From assembly GCA_977017575.1 (NCBI GenBank), contig CDRNVI010000086.1:1-63792 (forward strand): a stretch of DNA of 63,792 bases. Direction: 5' to 3'. The translations under genes were made by a program, and so were the position numbers. Origin of the DNA: Paramoeba atlantica. Lineage: Eukaryota; Protista; Discosea. Shown here piece by piece: positions 23,359-34,480 of the stretch (position 1 is its first letter; each line of letters opens with the position of its first letter). The notes under the pieces are model-generated. The model saw only the letters and a program-made list of their open reading frames with translations. It did no database searches and was not told the origin of the DNA.

Positions 23359-24608
23359 CTGCCTACGCCGCCGCGAGCCCTCTATATCTCTTGGGTTAAA
23401 ACCTCCTCATGAATTCTCTCAATCTATTCAAGAAATAGAATCCTTTGCCGCGCACGAGGCTCTTCTCATCGCATTGTCCTACGATGGAGATGTCATTTTG
23501 CACACGGACTCTGAGTATGTTTGGGATTTCTTTCATGGAGCTATCCATAGGTTCAGATTCATAGGATTTAAATCGTTTGAGGGAGGCGCTATACTTCAGA
23601 AATTGCAAGAAACATATATTTCGCTAAGAGGGACAAAGCACTTCTACTGCGTAAAAGTTAAAGCGCATAACGAAAATCCACATAATTATATGGCAGACTG
23701 GGTGGCTAAACAAGCAAGTAAAATAAGCAAGGGATAAAAGGCCTTGAGATTCTACGGCGAGATTCCTCATGCAGAAGACAAGCGCAAAAACCATACCAAT
23801 GGTGATTCTAATGGCAGCAAAATGCAGCGCAAACTTAAATCGGTAACCTCTAGCCAAATATGCACCCATGGTGAGCACGTAAAAATATTGCCAAAAAGTA
23901 GGACAGTTAGCAAAGGCAAACATACAGAGATAGAAACGGAAACGAAACGCACAAGATCACAAGAACGCGTACAGTCCAACAACACAAAAAGGCTAAAATA
24001 CATTGAGTCAAAGCAACAGTTGCCTCATGTAGCACGTATTGTTATTAGTGATCGGGTTAAATTTAGAGCTCCGCAAAGAAAGAGGAGTAATCAGTTATAC
24101 CAGGAGAATGATGAGCCAAGCTATTAAAGTCTGGAAACAAAGGGGTCACGTCAAAAAACACCCAGTAAAAGAGAGAACTGCGTCAAAAAGACAGAAAAGC
24201 GTCAGGGGAAAGACGATAGATCGCGAACTAAGAACGTATTACGAACACCAAAGAAATGGTACCCCCCTCATACCCCCCTTGATCGCATTTTCTGAACAGG
24301 CGAGGGATAGTGTGATAAGGTGGTATGCTGTTGTTTCGCGTGAAAATGTTTTATTAGGTAAACCGTTTGTGCTGAAAATGAAAAGTCGATTTCATATCAC
24401 AATTCTTTGACTAAGTACTGGAACGCCGTCCACCTCGAATGATTAGGATACATGGAAGTTGTTGCAAGATGTTTTTGAAAAGCTTCTGGTGAATATGTTA
24501 GTTTTGTGGACACCGCCAAAGTGATTTATGGGTAGGAGAAATTTGTGAAGCTTTCAACTAGGACATATTAATTTATTATCCCAGTGATGGTTGGTTGGTT
24601 GGTTGGTT
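23359..24608 (+). mobile_element. LINE-a 3' fragment (duplicate)
   Basis: Copy of 10965-12211. Confidence 0.9.
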
Positions 24609-24871
24609 ACTTTCGGAGCGCGGCAGACTTTCCTTGGGACAATGAGTTGGGCTCAGCGCGGCTAACGCCAGCGTTTTCAATATTCTGGGTTTCCTATCTT
24701 CTTCCTGGTTGCTCTTGAGATGGGCCCGGAATAAATTCATTAGGATGCAAGAGTGAAGGTGTCTCTGGGTTTTTTCCCATGGATCAGTATCAACCGTGTA
24801 ATGAATTTCCTGGCAAACATCTCAAGTGAGTCAGATCACAGATCTACAAATCAAGGACGATGATTCGTCAC

Positions 24872-25013
24872 AAGAAGAAGAAGATACGGAGGGCTCTGAA
24901 GCGCCAACCGTTAGGGTAGAGTCTCAGGTCGCCGACCTTCGTCATGTTGCTACCCCCCTCCAAGACGGCACTCGACGCCTTGCGGCCCGAGCACGGCTAC
25001 CCAACCGTAGCTA
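24872..25013 (-). mobile_element. SINE2 3' end (duplicate)
   Basis: Copy of 12475-12615. Confidence 0.8.
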
Positions 25014-25029
25014 ACCCTCTTCTAATAAA

Positions 25030-25322
25030 CCAGATCGAAATGGGCGAGGGAGATACTGCTGTGTTCCCTGCTAAGATAACTGGCTTTTCAGGAACAGAAT
25101 GATACGCTGCCCCTTTTATTGCAACCTTTAGCACAGTTTAAACGTACTTTCCATCAGGTTTGGGTCTCAGAGGTATCCCCCCCGAGTTACTTTACTCCGC
25201 ACGAGTAAAGCCTTTGCGCGGGCTAGCTCGGAGACAAACTTCGTGCAGGGAGATACCATTTCTTTTCAGTGGGAATCTTCCACGCTGTTGCTTGGCATCT
25301 CCCTCGCCCCTTTCAATCTGGG
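25030..25322. mobile_element. MITE-1 variant
   Basis: Left CCAGATCGAAATGGGCGAGGGAGATAC; right ..ATCTCCCTCGCCCCTTTCAATCTGGG. Confidence 0.65.
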
Positions 25323-25334
25323 TTTCTATAAACC

Positions 25335-25910
25335 AGCTGACCACCCTTCCGCAACATGGCCAGCAACATGGCGATTCCACAACATGGCCACCCTTCCACA
25401 ACATGGCGATTCCACAACGCTCTCTAAATGGAACACCGGTGTAGCCACTCGTGGCGAACCGAGAACTTTCGGTCTCTCATGTGGGTGTTTCATGTGAAGC
25501 CCAACAGCATTCACGCTCCAACTCAAGTGGCAGTGCACTTACTCTTGCACGTGCCACTGCACCTACACTGCGGGTGTAGACATCTACACTGCGGGTGTAC
25601 ACTGTGGGTGTTTCATGCGCAGCCCAACAGCATTCACGCTCCAACTCAAGTGGCAGTGCACTTACTCTTGCACGTGCCACTGCACCTACACTGCGTTCAC
25701 TGCCTCACATGGCAATACACTTACTAAGTCCCACTGCAGCTGCACTGCATCAGTGTGCAACCACTGCCTCACGTGGCACTGCTCTTACTCTCTCACGCGC
25801 CACTGCATCTATACTGCGTTCACTGCCTAACATGGCAGTACACTTACTCTCTCACGTGCCACTGCAGCTACACTGTAGTCCCTTACTCTTTCACGTGCCA
25901 CTGCAGCTGC
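25335..25910 (-). repeat. Family Y minisatellites, inverted
   Basis: Reverse complement of the units at 51975-52830. Confidence 0.75.
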
Positions 25911-25911
25911 A

Positions 25912-26283
25912 CTATCCTAAATCCTATCCTAAAACACTGGTTATTAAAACCAGTTTAGAAAACAACCTTTTCTTACGTTGTAACAACTTTGGATCCTTAG
26001 TAGTTTCATCCCCCCCCAGATTCTTCCATTACCTGTTCAAGTTCTTTTTTGGTCCCTTTATGCTGCTTCTTTTTGACTTTATGAGTATTACTGGAACCTA
26101 AGTACTCATTCTCTTCCGAAGAGAGTTCCACGGAACGTACACGCTACCTACCATCCTCAACCGCACATCGCTTAGCCACAGACAACGTTTTAGTCTCACA
26201 GACAAAATCGATGTTTGCACTTTTTGTGAGCTCAGAGTTCGAGCTGGGACTACACCTGGCGTCTTTTTTCTCCTCTTTGGTTC
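25912..26283 (-). mobile_element. LINE-d 3' end with (AGGAT)n tail; lacks the two insertions seen in the 37-43 kb copy
   Basis: Reverse complement matches 41895-41972 + 42370-42608 + 43591-43650 joined together. Confidence 0.85.
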
Positions 26284-26312
26284 TACCCGGTTTAGCCGGG
26301 TCTACCCGGTTT

Positions 26313-26500
26313 AGCCGGGTAAGGGAGCTGGTTCCCTGAGGGGAGGGTCCGGGACGGTCCTCCGAGTACTGGGCCTAGTCGGTTATCAGCCCAGCCTCTT
26401 AGAGTGAGGCCGCCAGGAATATTGCGATGAGCGGGTTTGAACTCGCCGTCTGAGCACCATGTGCTTCAAACTTTGAGTTCTTGCCACTACGCCACCTCCA
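26313..26500 (-). mobile_element. SINE1 5' half, still joined to its LINE-d insertion site (26500-26663)
   Basis: The junction equals the reverse complement of 41812-42160. Confidence 0.85.
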
Positions 26501-26664
26501 CCCCAGACAAAATCGATGTTTGCACTTTTTGTGAGCTCAGAGTTCGAGCTGGGACTACACCTGGCGTCTTTTTTCTCCTCTTTGGTTCTGAGGTATGAAG
26601 AGTCTTGCGTGTTCCTGAAATGGCCAGCGCATCAGCCTTCTCATTATGTGTTCCCATTATGGGA

Positions 26665-27676
26665 ACAACAACCAACCAACACTGAGATGTTAGCCCAGTT
26701 AAAGGATTCAAAAATTTCCCCTAAATATTTCCACTTTCAAAACATCAACACAGAACACACTTACAGAAAATTTTTCAAAAACAAACAGACTTTCAATTTC
26801 AAGCCTCCTAATCAATCGATCTCTATGAACCATTAGTACTTAGCTTTTGAACACTATAAGACAACTCACCGTCGCAATCACGTCAGCGAACGTAATTCTT
26901 TAATTCACCAAATCTGATGGTAATTAACTTAAATATAACAGAAGCATAGGCTCCAATAGCATCTCTCAAATCGGAAAGTTAATGTAAGGCTAATTCTCCC
27001 GCTTATTTCCATGCTTTTTTACATCAATTATACTCTTGTCTTTCCCTTTAGCTGTAAAACAAGGTTTTTTCTTTGATGTCCTTTTCACTCGCTTTTGTGA
27101 CTCCTTTTCATTTTCTAGTTCACTCTTTGTCTGGGATGATGATAAGTCCAAACTTGTACCTTTTAGACGCTTCATTTTCGGTTTATTTCGTTTCACCTCA
27201 ATGCTTACGTTCGAATTGGTTATCTGTGGGGGGCTGGAAATTAAGTTGATACCCTTTGTCTTCTTATGTAAAGAAGCTTTGCGTATGGGAGATTTCGTCC
27301 TCTTTTCATTTATTCGAATGCTCTGTTTGGGTTGTTTCGTTGAACGTGAATCTTTTGAGTTTTCCGACAAAGGGGGCCCCGTAGATACAGGTACTGCTCT
27401 TTGGTTTGTGCCTTTTCTAGTCCTCTGAGTTTTAAGAAATCTTGAGGTATTATTTTGCTCTGATTTCCTCTTTGCATTGCCGTGCAATATATCCCCGTAG
27501 TATTTTATAGCTAGTTCATTTCCTTCCAGCTTGCACGCCTTTTTGGCTAAATAATCTGCGGTATCGTTGTACATATTTTCATTGTGTGATTTGACCTTGA
27601 TACAGTAGAATTTTTTAGTATGTTTTGTACTGTAGTAAGCGTTTTGAAGGGATCGCATTGCTTCGCCCCCTTTGAA
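26665..27676 (-). mobile_element. LINE-b 3' end (duplicate of 28741-29752)
   Basis: Offset 2076; KVKSHNENMYNDTADYLAKKA RNase H C-terminus. Confidence 0.9.
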
Positions 27677-28114
27677 CGACCTACACTAGCTTTCTACGCA
27701 GTTGCTTTCGCAAGGTATCACTTCTAACCGTGGTGCGCCCCTCAAAATGACCCATTTTTGACTAAAAAAGGTGAAAAAGTATTTTTCGGACCTAAAGGGG
27801 CATTTTTGTGTCGAAAGAATGGTGTGGTTGGAGTCGCATTCTCTACCCAATACGTTCGGTAGGCTTTCATTCATGCCTACGAGTGATTTCCCATGCGCAA
27901 ATATCGGATTTAGCGCTCTGAGAGCAAAAATACGCGAAAATCACCCCATTTTTACCCGAAATTCGGCTATTTTTGGCTATAATCTTTCCGTTTTCCAGGC
28001 TAAATTTTCTTTTTTAGGCTCTTCGTTGAACGAGGCGGTAATTTTCAACGCGAAGCGCGCAGCATGAGTGACTTCTAAGTTGAAAGCAACCACCGCGTTT
28101 AACGATGAGCCTAA
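27677..28114 (+). mobile_element. Family X 3' part
   Basis: Matches 34009-34446 (offset 6332); ends in the GGCTCTTCGTT..AACGATGAGCC hairpin. Confidence 0.85.
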
Positions 28115-28148
28115 AAAAGAAATAATATTTTTTTGTCTTTCTTGCACC

Positions 28149-28296
28149 ATGTGTCAAACATCTAGAAAACGTATTAATTCAGAAGATCGTAAACTTATTG
28201 AGGTTCTCCACAATCAAGAAAACTTTTCGCAAGCACAAATTGCCTCAAAACTGAAAGTAAATCAGTCGTCTCTTAGTCGAGAACTGGCACGTGGAG
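28149..28296 (+). pseudogene. IS30-like transposase N-terminal HTH fragment
   Basis: MCQTSRKRINSEDRKLIEVLHNQENFSQAQIASKLKVNQSSLSRELARG; truncated by SINE1; no DDE domain present. Confidence 0.5.
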
Positions 28297-28576
28297 AGTT
28301 TCCGCTTGTCCAAGGCGGAACCAACGTGCTGTTGCCAACACGCTGCGTCGACGAACTGTACGTCAACACGGCTTACCCAAGAGGTGTAAGCCGGGTAAGG
28401 GAGCTGGTTCCCTGAGGGGAGGGTCCGGGACGGTCCTCCGAGTACTGGGCCTAATCGGTTATCAGCCCAGCCTCTTAGAGTGAGGCCGCCAGGAATATTG
28501 CGATGAGCGGGTTTGAACTCGCCGTCTGAGCACCATGTGCTTCAAACTTTGAGTTCTTGCCACTACGCCACCTCCA
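28297..28576 (-). mobile_element. SINE1, 3'-truncated recombinant copy
   Basis: Carries SNPs of both 34629-34908 and 26313-26500. Confidence 0.85.
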
Positions 28577-28740
28577 CCCCAGACAAAATCGATGTTTGCA
28601 CTTTTTGTGAGCTCAGAGTTCGAGCTGGGACTACACCTGGCGTCTTTTTTCTCCTCTTTGGTTCTGAGGTATGAAGAGTCTTGCGTGTTCCTGAAATGGC
28701 CAGCGCATCAGCCTTCTCATTATGTGTTCCCATTATGGGA

Positions 28741-30555
28741 ACAACAACCAACCAACACTGAGATGTTAGCCCAGTTAAAGGATTCAAAAATTTCCCCTAA
28801 ATATTTCCACTTTGAAAACATCAACACAGAACACACTTACAGAAAATTTTTCAAAAACAAACAGACTTTCAATTTCAAGCCTCCTAATCAATCGATCTCT
28901 ATGAACCATTAGTACTTAGCTTTTGAACACTATAAGACAACTCACCGTCGCAATCACGTCAGCGAACGTAATTCTTTAATTCACCAAATCTGATGGTAAT
29001 TAACTTAAATATAACAGAAGCATAGGCTCCAATAGCATCTCTCAAATCGGAAAGTTAATGTAAGGCTAATTCTCCCGCTTATTTCCATGCTTTTTTACAT
29101 CAATTATACTCTTGTCTTTCCCTTTAGCTGTAAAACAAGGTTTTTTCTTTGATGTCCTTTTCACTCGCTTTTGTGACTCCTTTTCATTTTCTAGTTCACT
29201 CTTTGTCTGGGATGATGATAAGTCCAAACTTGTACCTTTTAGACGCTTCATTTTCGGTTTATTTCGTTTCACCTCAATGCTTACGTTCGAATTGGTTATC
29301 TGTGGGGGGCTGGAAATTAAGTTGATACCCTTTGTCTTCTTATGTAAAGAAGCTTTGCGTATGGGAGATTTCGTCCTCTTTTCATTTATTCGAATGCTCT
29401 GTTTGGGTTGTTTCGTTGAACGTGAATCTTTTGAGTTTTCCGACAAAGGGGGCCCCGTAGATACAGGTACTGCTCTTTGGTTTGTGCCTTTTCTAGTCCT
29501 CTGAGTTTTAAGAAATCTTGAGGTATTATTTTGCTCTGATTTCCTCTTTGCATTGCCGTGCAATATATCCCCGTAGTATTTTATAGCTAGTTCATTTCCT
29601 TCCAGCTTGCACGCCTTTTTGGCTAAATAATCTGCGGTATCGTTGTACATATTTTCATTGTGTGATTTGACCTTGATACAGTAGAATTTTTTAGTATGTT
29701 TTGTACTGTAGTAAGCGTTTTGAAGGGATCGCATTGCTTCGCCCCCTTTGAATGAGTGGAACCCAATGAGCCGGTACCGATGCACAGTTTCGTGGAAGAA
29801 ATCCCATATGTACTCTGAATCCGTGTGAAGTATTACATCTCCCTCGTAGTTGCTAGCAAGAGAAATTGCCTCGACAACAGCATATGCCTCTATAGATTGT
29901 ATGGAATCACAGAATTTTTCCGGAGGTCTTGTCCCGTAGAATAATGTACGTTCGTTGTTTCGTATTATTACTATGCCGCATCCTTGGAGTTGTTTCTTTG
30001 TACCAGGAATGAGCGACCCATCCGTATATCCAAATCCAAAAAAAATCCAAATCATTCCGGATTGTGCCGGATGGTCACTGGCAAGCCAGACCCTTCACAG
30101 ACAGATTTGGAAGTTCAGAGGCCGACGTCCTCTACCAGTTTCCGCTTGTCCAAGGCGGCACCAACGTGCTGTTGCCAACACGCTGCGTCGACGAATTGTA
30201 CGTCAACACGGCGCACCCAAGAGGTGTAAGCCGGGTAAGGGAGCTGGTTACCCGGCATCCGTATATAAGTGTGTTTCCGAGTCGCTTATGGGAAAAGGGG
30301 TGCTACTTTCTTTCACGTACTGTAGAGTTTGATAGTCCTTGTTCTCCAATATCTTTTTAATACATTTTTCCCAAGCAGGAGAACAAGACTTTGTGTAAGA
30401 AGGCCGTGGTTCCAGCTCCACCTGTAGTTTTTCAAGTTTCTTCCGCCATGTGGGGCGATCTTGTCCAAGGTGTAGAATTTCAGTAACATCAGAGTGTGAA
30501 CACCCTGAAGCATTTTCTGCATTTGTAAAAGGAGCACCCCTTGTAATCACCGAGA
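28741..30555 (-). mobile_element. LINE-b, 5'-truncated (post-RT region, RNase H, basic tail, (TTGG)n end)
   Basis: HLYTDG..QGCGIV..IEAYAVVEA..LHTDSEY..KVKSHNE..ADYLAKKA once the SINE1 insert is removed. Confidence 0.85.
30030..30255 (-). mobile_element. SINE1, 5'-truncated, inserted in the LINE-b RNase H
   Basis: 11-bp TSD CATCCGTATAT at 30019-30029 and 30256-30266. Confidence 0.9.
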
Positions 30556-30586
30556 TGAGAAGATGAAGAGGAAGAAGAAGAAGAGA

Positions 30587-30632
<46 letters not shown>

Positions 30633-31005
30633 AGAAGAAGAAGAAGAAGAAGAAGAAGAAGAAGAAGAAGAAGAAGCAGAAGAAGAAGAGGAAAAAGAAG
30701 AAGAAGAAGAAGAAGACACGGAGGGCTCGGCAGCGCCAACCGTTAGGGTAGAGTCTCAGGTCGCCGACTTTCATTGTCTTGCTACCCCCTTCCCAGGCGG
30801 CTTCGAGCACGGCTACTCAACCGTAGCTACCGGGACGGACGTCCAACGCGTTGTATCGTGTAGGCTGTGTTTCAACCTCATTTGCGTAAGCAGCTTGCAA
30901 TTTAGCGGCTGCGCTTAGTGGAGCCTGGTTCAGTTCGGCGGTTCCGGGTCGGTCCTCCAGGGGAGCGGAGTTGGGTATGGGCCTTGAAGGCGCTCCTGAT
31001 CGCTG
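30556..31005 (-). mobile_element. SINE2, 5'-truncated, with long (CTT)n tail seen as (GAA)n on +
   Basis: 15-bp TSD TTGTAATCACCGAGA at 30541-30555 and 31006-31020. Confidence 0.9.
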
Positions 31006-31020
31006 TTGTAATCACCGAGA

Positions 31021-32123
31021 ACACCATTTTTATAAGAACATTTTGATAAGAACACCATTTTGATAAGAACACCATTTTTATAAGAACACGATTTTTATAA
31101 TATGATTATAAAATAGTATATGATAATAAAAATATTGCGAATGCTGCCGGCGCGTGTAAGGGGACAGAGCTCCTTGAAACTCTTACACGAACCAAGCGTG
31201 TTCGGGGGGTTCTTTTTCGCCCACCGCAGCGGAGAGGACCTGCTAAACTTCGCCAGAAGGCGGCGCGAGCACTGATAAAGTTAGTTAGAGTCGGATCTCG
31301 GCTCCATGTGTTATGGAGGCACTTCACTAGTGAGAATGTGTTTCTTTGTTTGCAAGTCTATTTTACATAGGGTTTGCCTACGAGGGTGAGATATGAGGAG
31401 CGACCGTCAGAGATTACCTTTCCCCCCCTATGCCTCTTGCCCCAGAGTGATGAGAGCACAATGCTCCCTAGAGCAATGGACTGGTACCTTAATTAACGTC
31501 TACGCCAATGAGAGATTCCTCGAAGACCGCTCATGCGGAGTCCTTGGGGGACCTTGAACATGCGTGGAAGAAGGTTAGTGCAAAAGGTCGTCGGCGACCA
31601 ACAATTCCTATGGGCGACTCTAATGCACCATTAGCAATGGTATCAAATTATCGCATGGATTTACCGGCGGTATCGAGAATGAGAGGCCTTCTCTGCTCCA
31701 TTGGATGTAGATCAGCACACTCCCTCTGCCCCAGCCGGAAAAAAAAAATTGCACAAATTTTTTTTTGCAAAACGTGCGCATTGCCCAAGAAGGGAAAAGG
31801 CAAAAACATATGCAGGCCACTTGATCGTGTATTAGTGATTGAGCGTTTTTCTTCAAGCATAAGTAGACATAGGGTTCTTAAATCACCGATATCAACTACA
31901 CATTGTGCTGTGATTGTAAATTTGAAGATCAAATGAAAATGCGAGAACAAAAAGGGAAGCTGTGGCGTAATCTGGCCATGTTTCGGGGACCAAAAAAAGA
32001 AAAAGAATTCCAAGAACTAGTTTTTTCCGCTGCACGGAAAAAGGAAGACAGTACATGGGAACAGCTTTCTAAAATCATGGTAGACGGAGTAAATAAATTA
32101 GCCTGTAAGTCATCCGACAAAGA
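31021..32123 (+). mobile_element. LINE-h degraded 5' portion (5'UTR tandem repeats, N-terminal module, APE fragment, linker)
   Basis: LINVYA, MGDSNAPL, RPLDRVLV..PISTTHCAVIVNLKIK, GKLWRNL..STWEQL, all homologous to LINE-a/e; stops and frameshifts. Confidence 0.7.
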
Positions 32124-33056
32124 ATCCAATCCAAAAAATCCAAATCATTCCGGATCGCTCCGGATGGTCACGGGCAAGCCAGACCCTTCACAGACAGATT
32201 TGGAAGTTCGGAGGCCGACGTCCTCTACCAGTTTCCGCTTGTCCAAGGCGGTACCAACGTGCTGTTGCCAACACGCTGCGTCGACGAGCTGTACGTCAAC
32301 ACGGCTTACCCAAGAGGTGTAAGCCGGGTAAGGGAGCTGGTTGGACCCTAAAACCGTCGGTGAAAATTCGACTGCGGACACCAAGGATACCAGCGCAGCA
32401 ATGTATCACGAAAATGTGCGTACGCGTCTTATGATGGACCCGAAAACTGCTTCTGCCATTTTATCTGCAAGCGAGAAGGGAAACCATGAATGGTTAATGT
32501 ACACTGCTCGTTTAGTGCCGTCACAGCAATTTACGCTGGCCGTCTTGCCTCGTTTCAACTTGTCGCACCCAAACCTTCCAGCAAACGTGCAATGTCCAGG
32601 ATGCCAAGTCATCTACGATTCAGCCACGGCGTTACGACACATTCCAGCTTGCACGAAATGCCACGGAATGAAGGCTACTACGAAGCACAGCGCCCTCGTG
32701 CGATATATTTACTAGCTGTGTCTGAAAGGGGGGTTGCCCTCGGAACGAGAACCACGACAATTCACATCCTATAAATGCAATAAGTGCTCCGAAACAGTAA
32801 TTGAACATCTCAAAAAAGAACACCTTAAAAAATGTAACACGGGCGCATGCATCGTACCGGGCCGGACTTAGTCATTTACTGGGCCTCGGGAGAAAAAAAA
32901 AATTGTGCCGTGTAGCATTTGAGCCGAAACATTTCACACATCCCAGGAAGTAAAAAAAAAAAAAAAGCTGGTTCCCTGAGGGGAGGGTCCGGGACGGTCC
33001 TCCGAGTACTGGGCCTAGTCGGTTATCAGCCCAGCCTCTTAGAGTGAGGCCAGGAA
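32124..33056 (-). mobile_element. SINE1 split by the CRE-3 insertion (32124-32342 and 32966-33056)
   Basis: The SINE1 sequence resumes exactly after the poly(A). Confidence 0.85.
32343..32965 (+). mobile_element. CRE-3 5'-truncated fragment (CCHC and start of RLE) with poly(A)
   Basis: CPGCQV..RHIPACTKCHGMKATTKHSALV, GPDLVIYW; TSD AGCTGGTT at 32335-32342 and 32966-32973. Confidence 0.8.
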
Positions 33057-33463
33057 TGACAAAAATGTAAACTTGTGTTAGTAATTATACTCGGAAAGTC
33101 AGGTAATCGTTCAGACGAAATATATGATTTTATTTTATTGAACATTAGAAACAATTTCCATAAGTTAAAACTTTTTGCAAAAGTTAATAAAGCTTTTGCT
33201 TTACTTTGCAACTCGAAAATTTTGGATCACCACCCTTCCCTTTACATAATTAGAAAAAAAAAATTAGCAAAATCAAAATTTTCGAATAATCGCCCCTTTG
33301 CACAAATGATGGCGAATATATCTAAATATAGTTAGTTAGTTAGTTACCTTCGTCAAAAAAAAAAAAAGATATTTTATTTATAAAAGGACTCGTGAGTGCG
33401 CGCTCCGAATTTGGAATATTGCGTGGATTGCTTCCTTTTTTATTATTAGTATTATCAGAATCA

Positions 33464-34446
33464 TTGCGGGGGTTGTAAAACTACCGCTCTACACTCGATT
33501 ATTGAAAAAAACGTAAACAAAAACAGTGAAAATATAAAAGGGAACACAGTAATATAATAGAAGAAAAAAATATAAAAGGGGGCTCCGGTGGTCCAAAACT
33601 GAAAAAAAAAATTAAAAAAAATGGGGGGGTTCCAGGGGATGTGCTATATGCATTATCAATGTGCCGCTTAATATGCATTATCAATGTGCGGGCGCCGGGG
33701 GGTCCAGGGGGGGGGGTCCAGGCGAGGGGGGTCATGGTTGAGCAATTTTTTTCGAAAAAATTAGTTTTCGAAAACAAACCGCAGAAAGGGTAGCCGGGGT
33801 CTTGGCGCGCATTTTCCACCCCCCTGCCCGGGGGTGTTTTCCACCCGTGCCCGGGGGGTTTTCCACCACCCATCGTGTGCGCAGGACGGGTCCGCCAAGT
33901 TCGGATTTTTTCGGAAAAAAAAATCGAAAAGAATTTCAACTTGGCGAAAACAATGGCAAAAAAAATATTTTTCCAAAATCGTTTCCCCTATTGTATTTTG
34001 ATAATTTGGGACCTACACTAGCTTTCTACGCAGTTGCTTTCGCAAGGTATCACTTCTAACCGTGGTGCGCCCCTCAAAATGACCCATTTTTGACTAAAAA
34101 AGGTGAAAAAGTATTTTTCGGACCTAAAGGGGCATTTTTGTGTCGAAAGAATGGTGTGGTTGGAGTCGCATTCTCTACCCAATACGTTCGGTAGGCTTTC
34201 ATTCATGCCTACGAGTGATTTCCCATGCGCAAATATCGGATTTAGCGCTCTGAGAGCAAAAATACGCGAAAATCACCCCATTTTTACCCGAAATTCGGCT
34301 ATTTTTGGCTATAATCTTTCCGTTTTCCAGGCTAAATTTTCTTTTTTAGGCTCTTCGTTGAACGAGGCGGTAATTTTCAACGCGAAGCGCGCAGCATGAG
34401 TGACTTCTAAGTTGAAAGCAACCACCGCGTTTAACGATGAGCCTAA
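33464..34446 (+). mobile_element. Family X, full-length-like (DINE-1/HINE-like architecture)
   Basis: 5' GCGG(G/T)GGTTGTA.AACTACCGC hairpin, internal satellite and G-runs, 3' 36-bp-arm hairpin containing CAACCACCGC. Confidence 0.65.
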
Positions 34447-34480
34447 AAAAGAAATAATATTTTTTTGTCTTTCTTGCACC

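Larger units (their letters stand above)
12733..25129. repeat. Tandem segmental duplication, copy 2
   Basis: Repeats 321-12732 with scattered SNPs, an 18-bp satellite indel and a 3-bp indel. Confidence 0.95.

Noticed and set aside
30489-30810. Poly-S, poly-F, poly-K and poly-L ORFs
   Set aside because: Translations of the SINE2 (GAA)n tail
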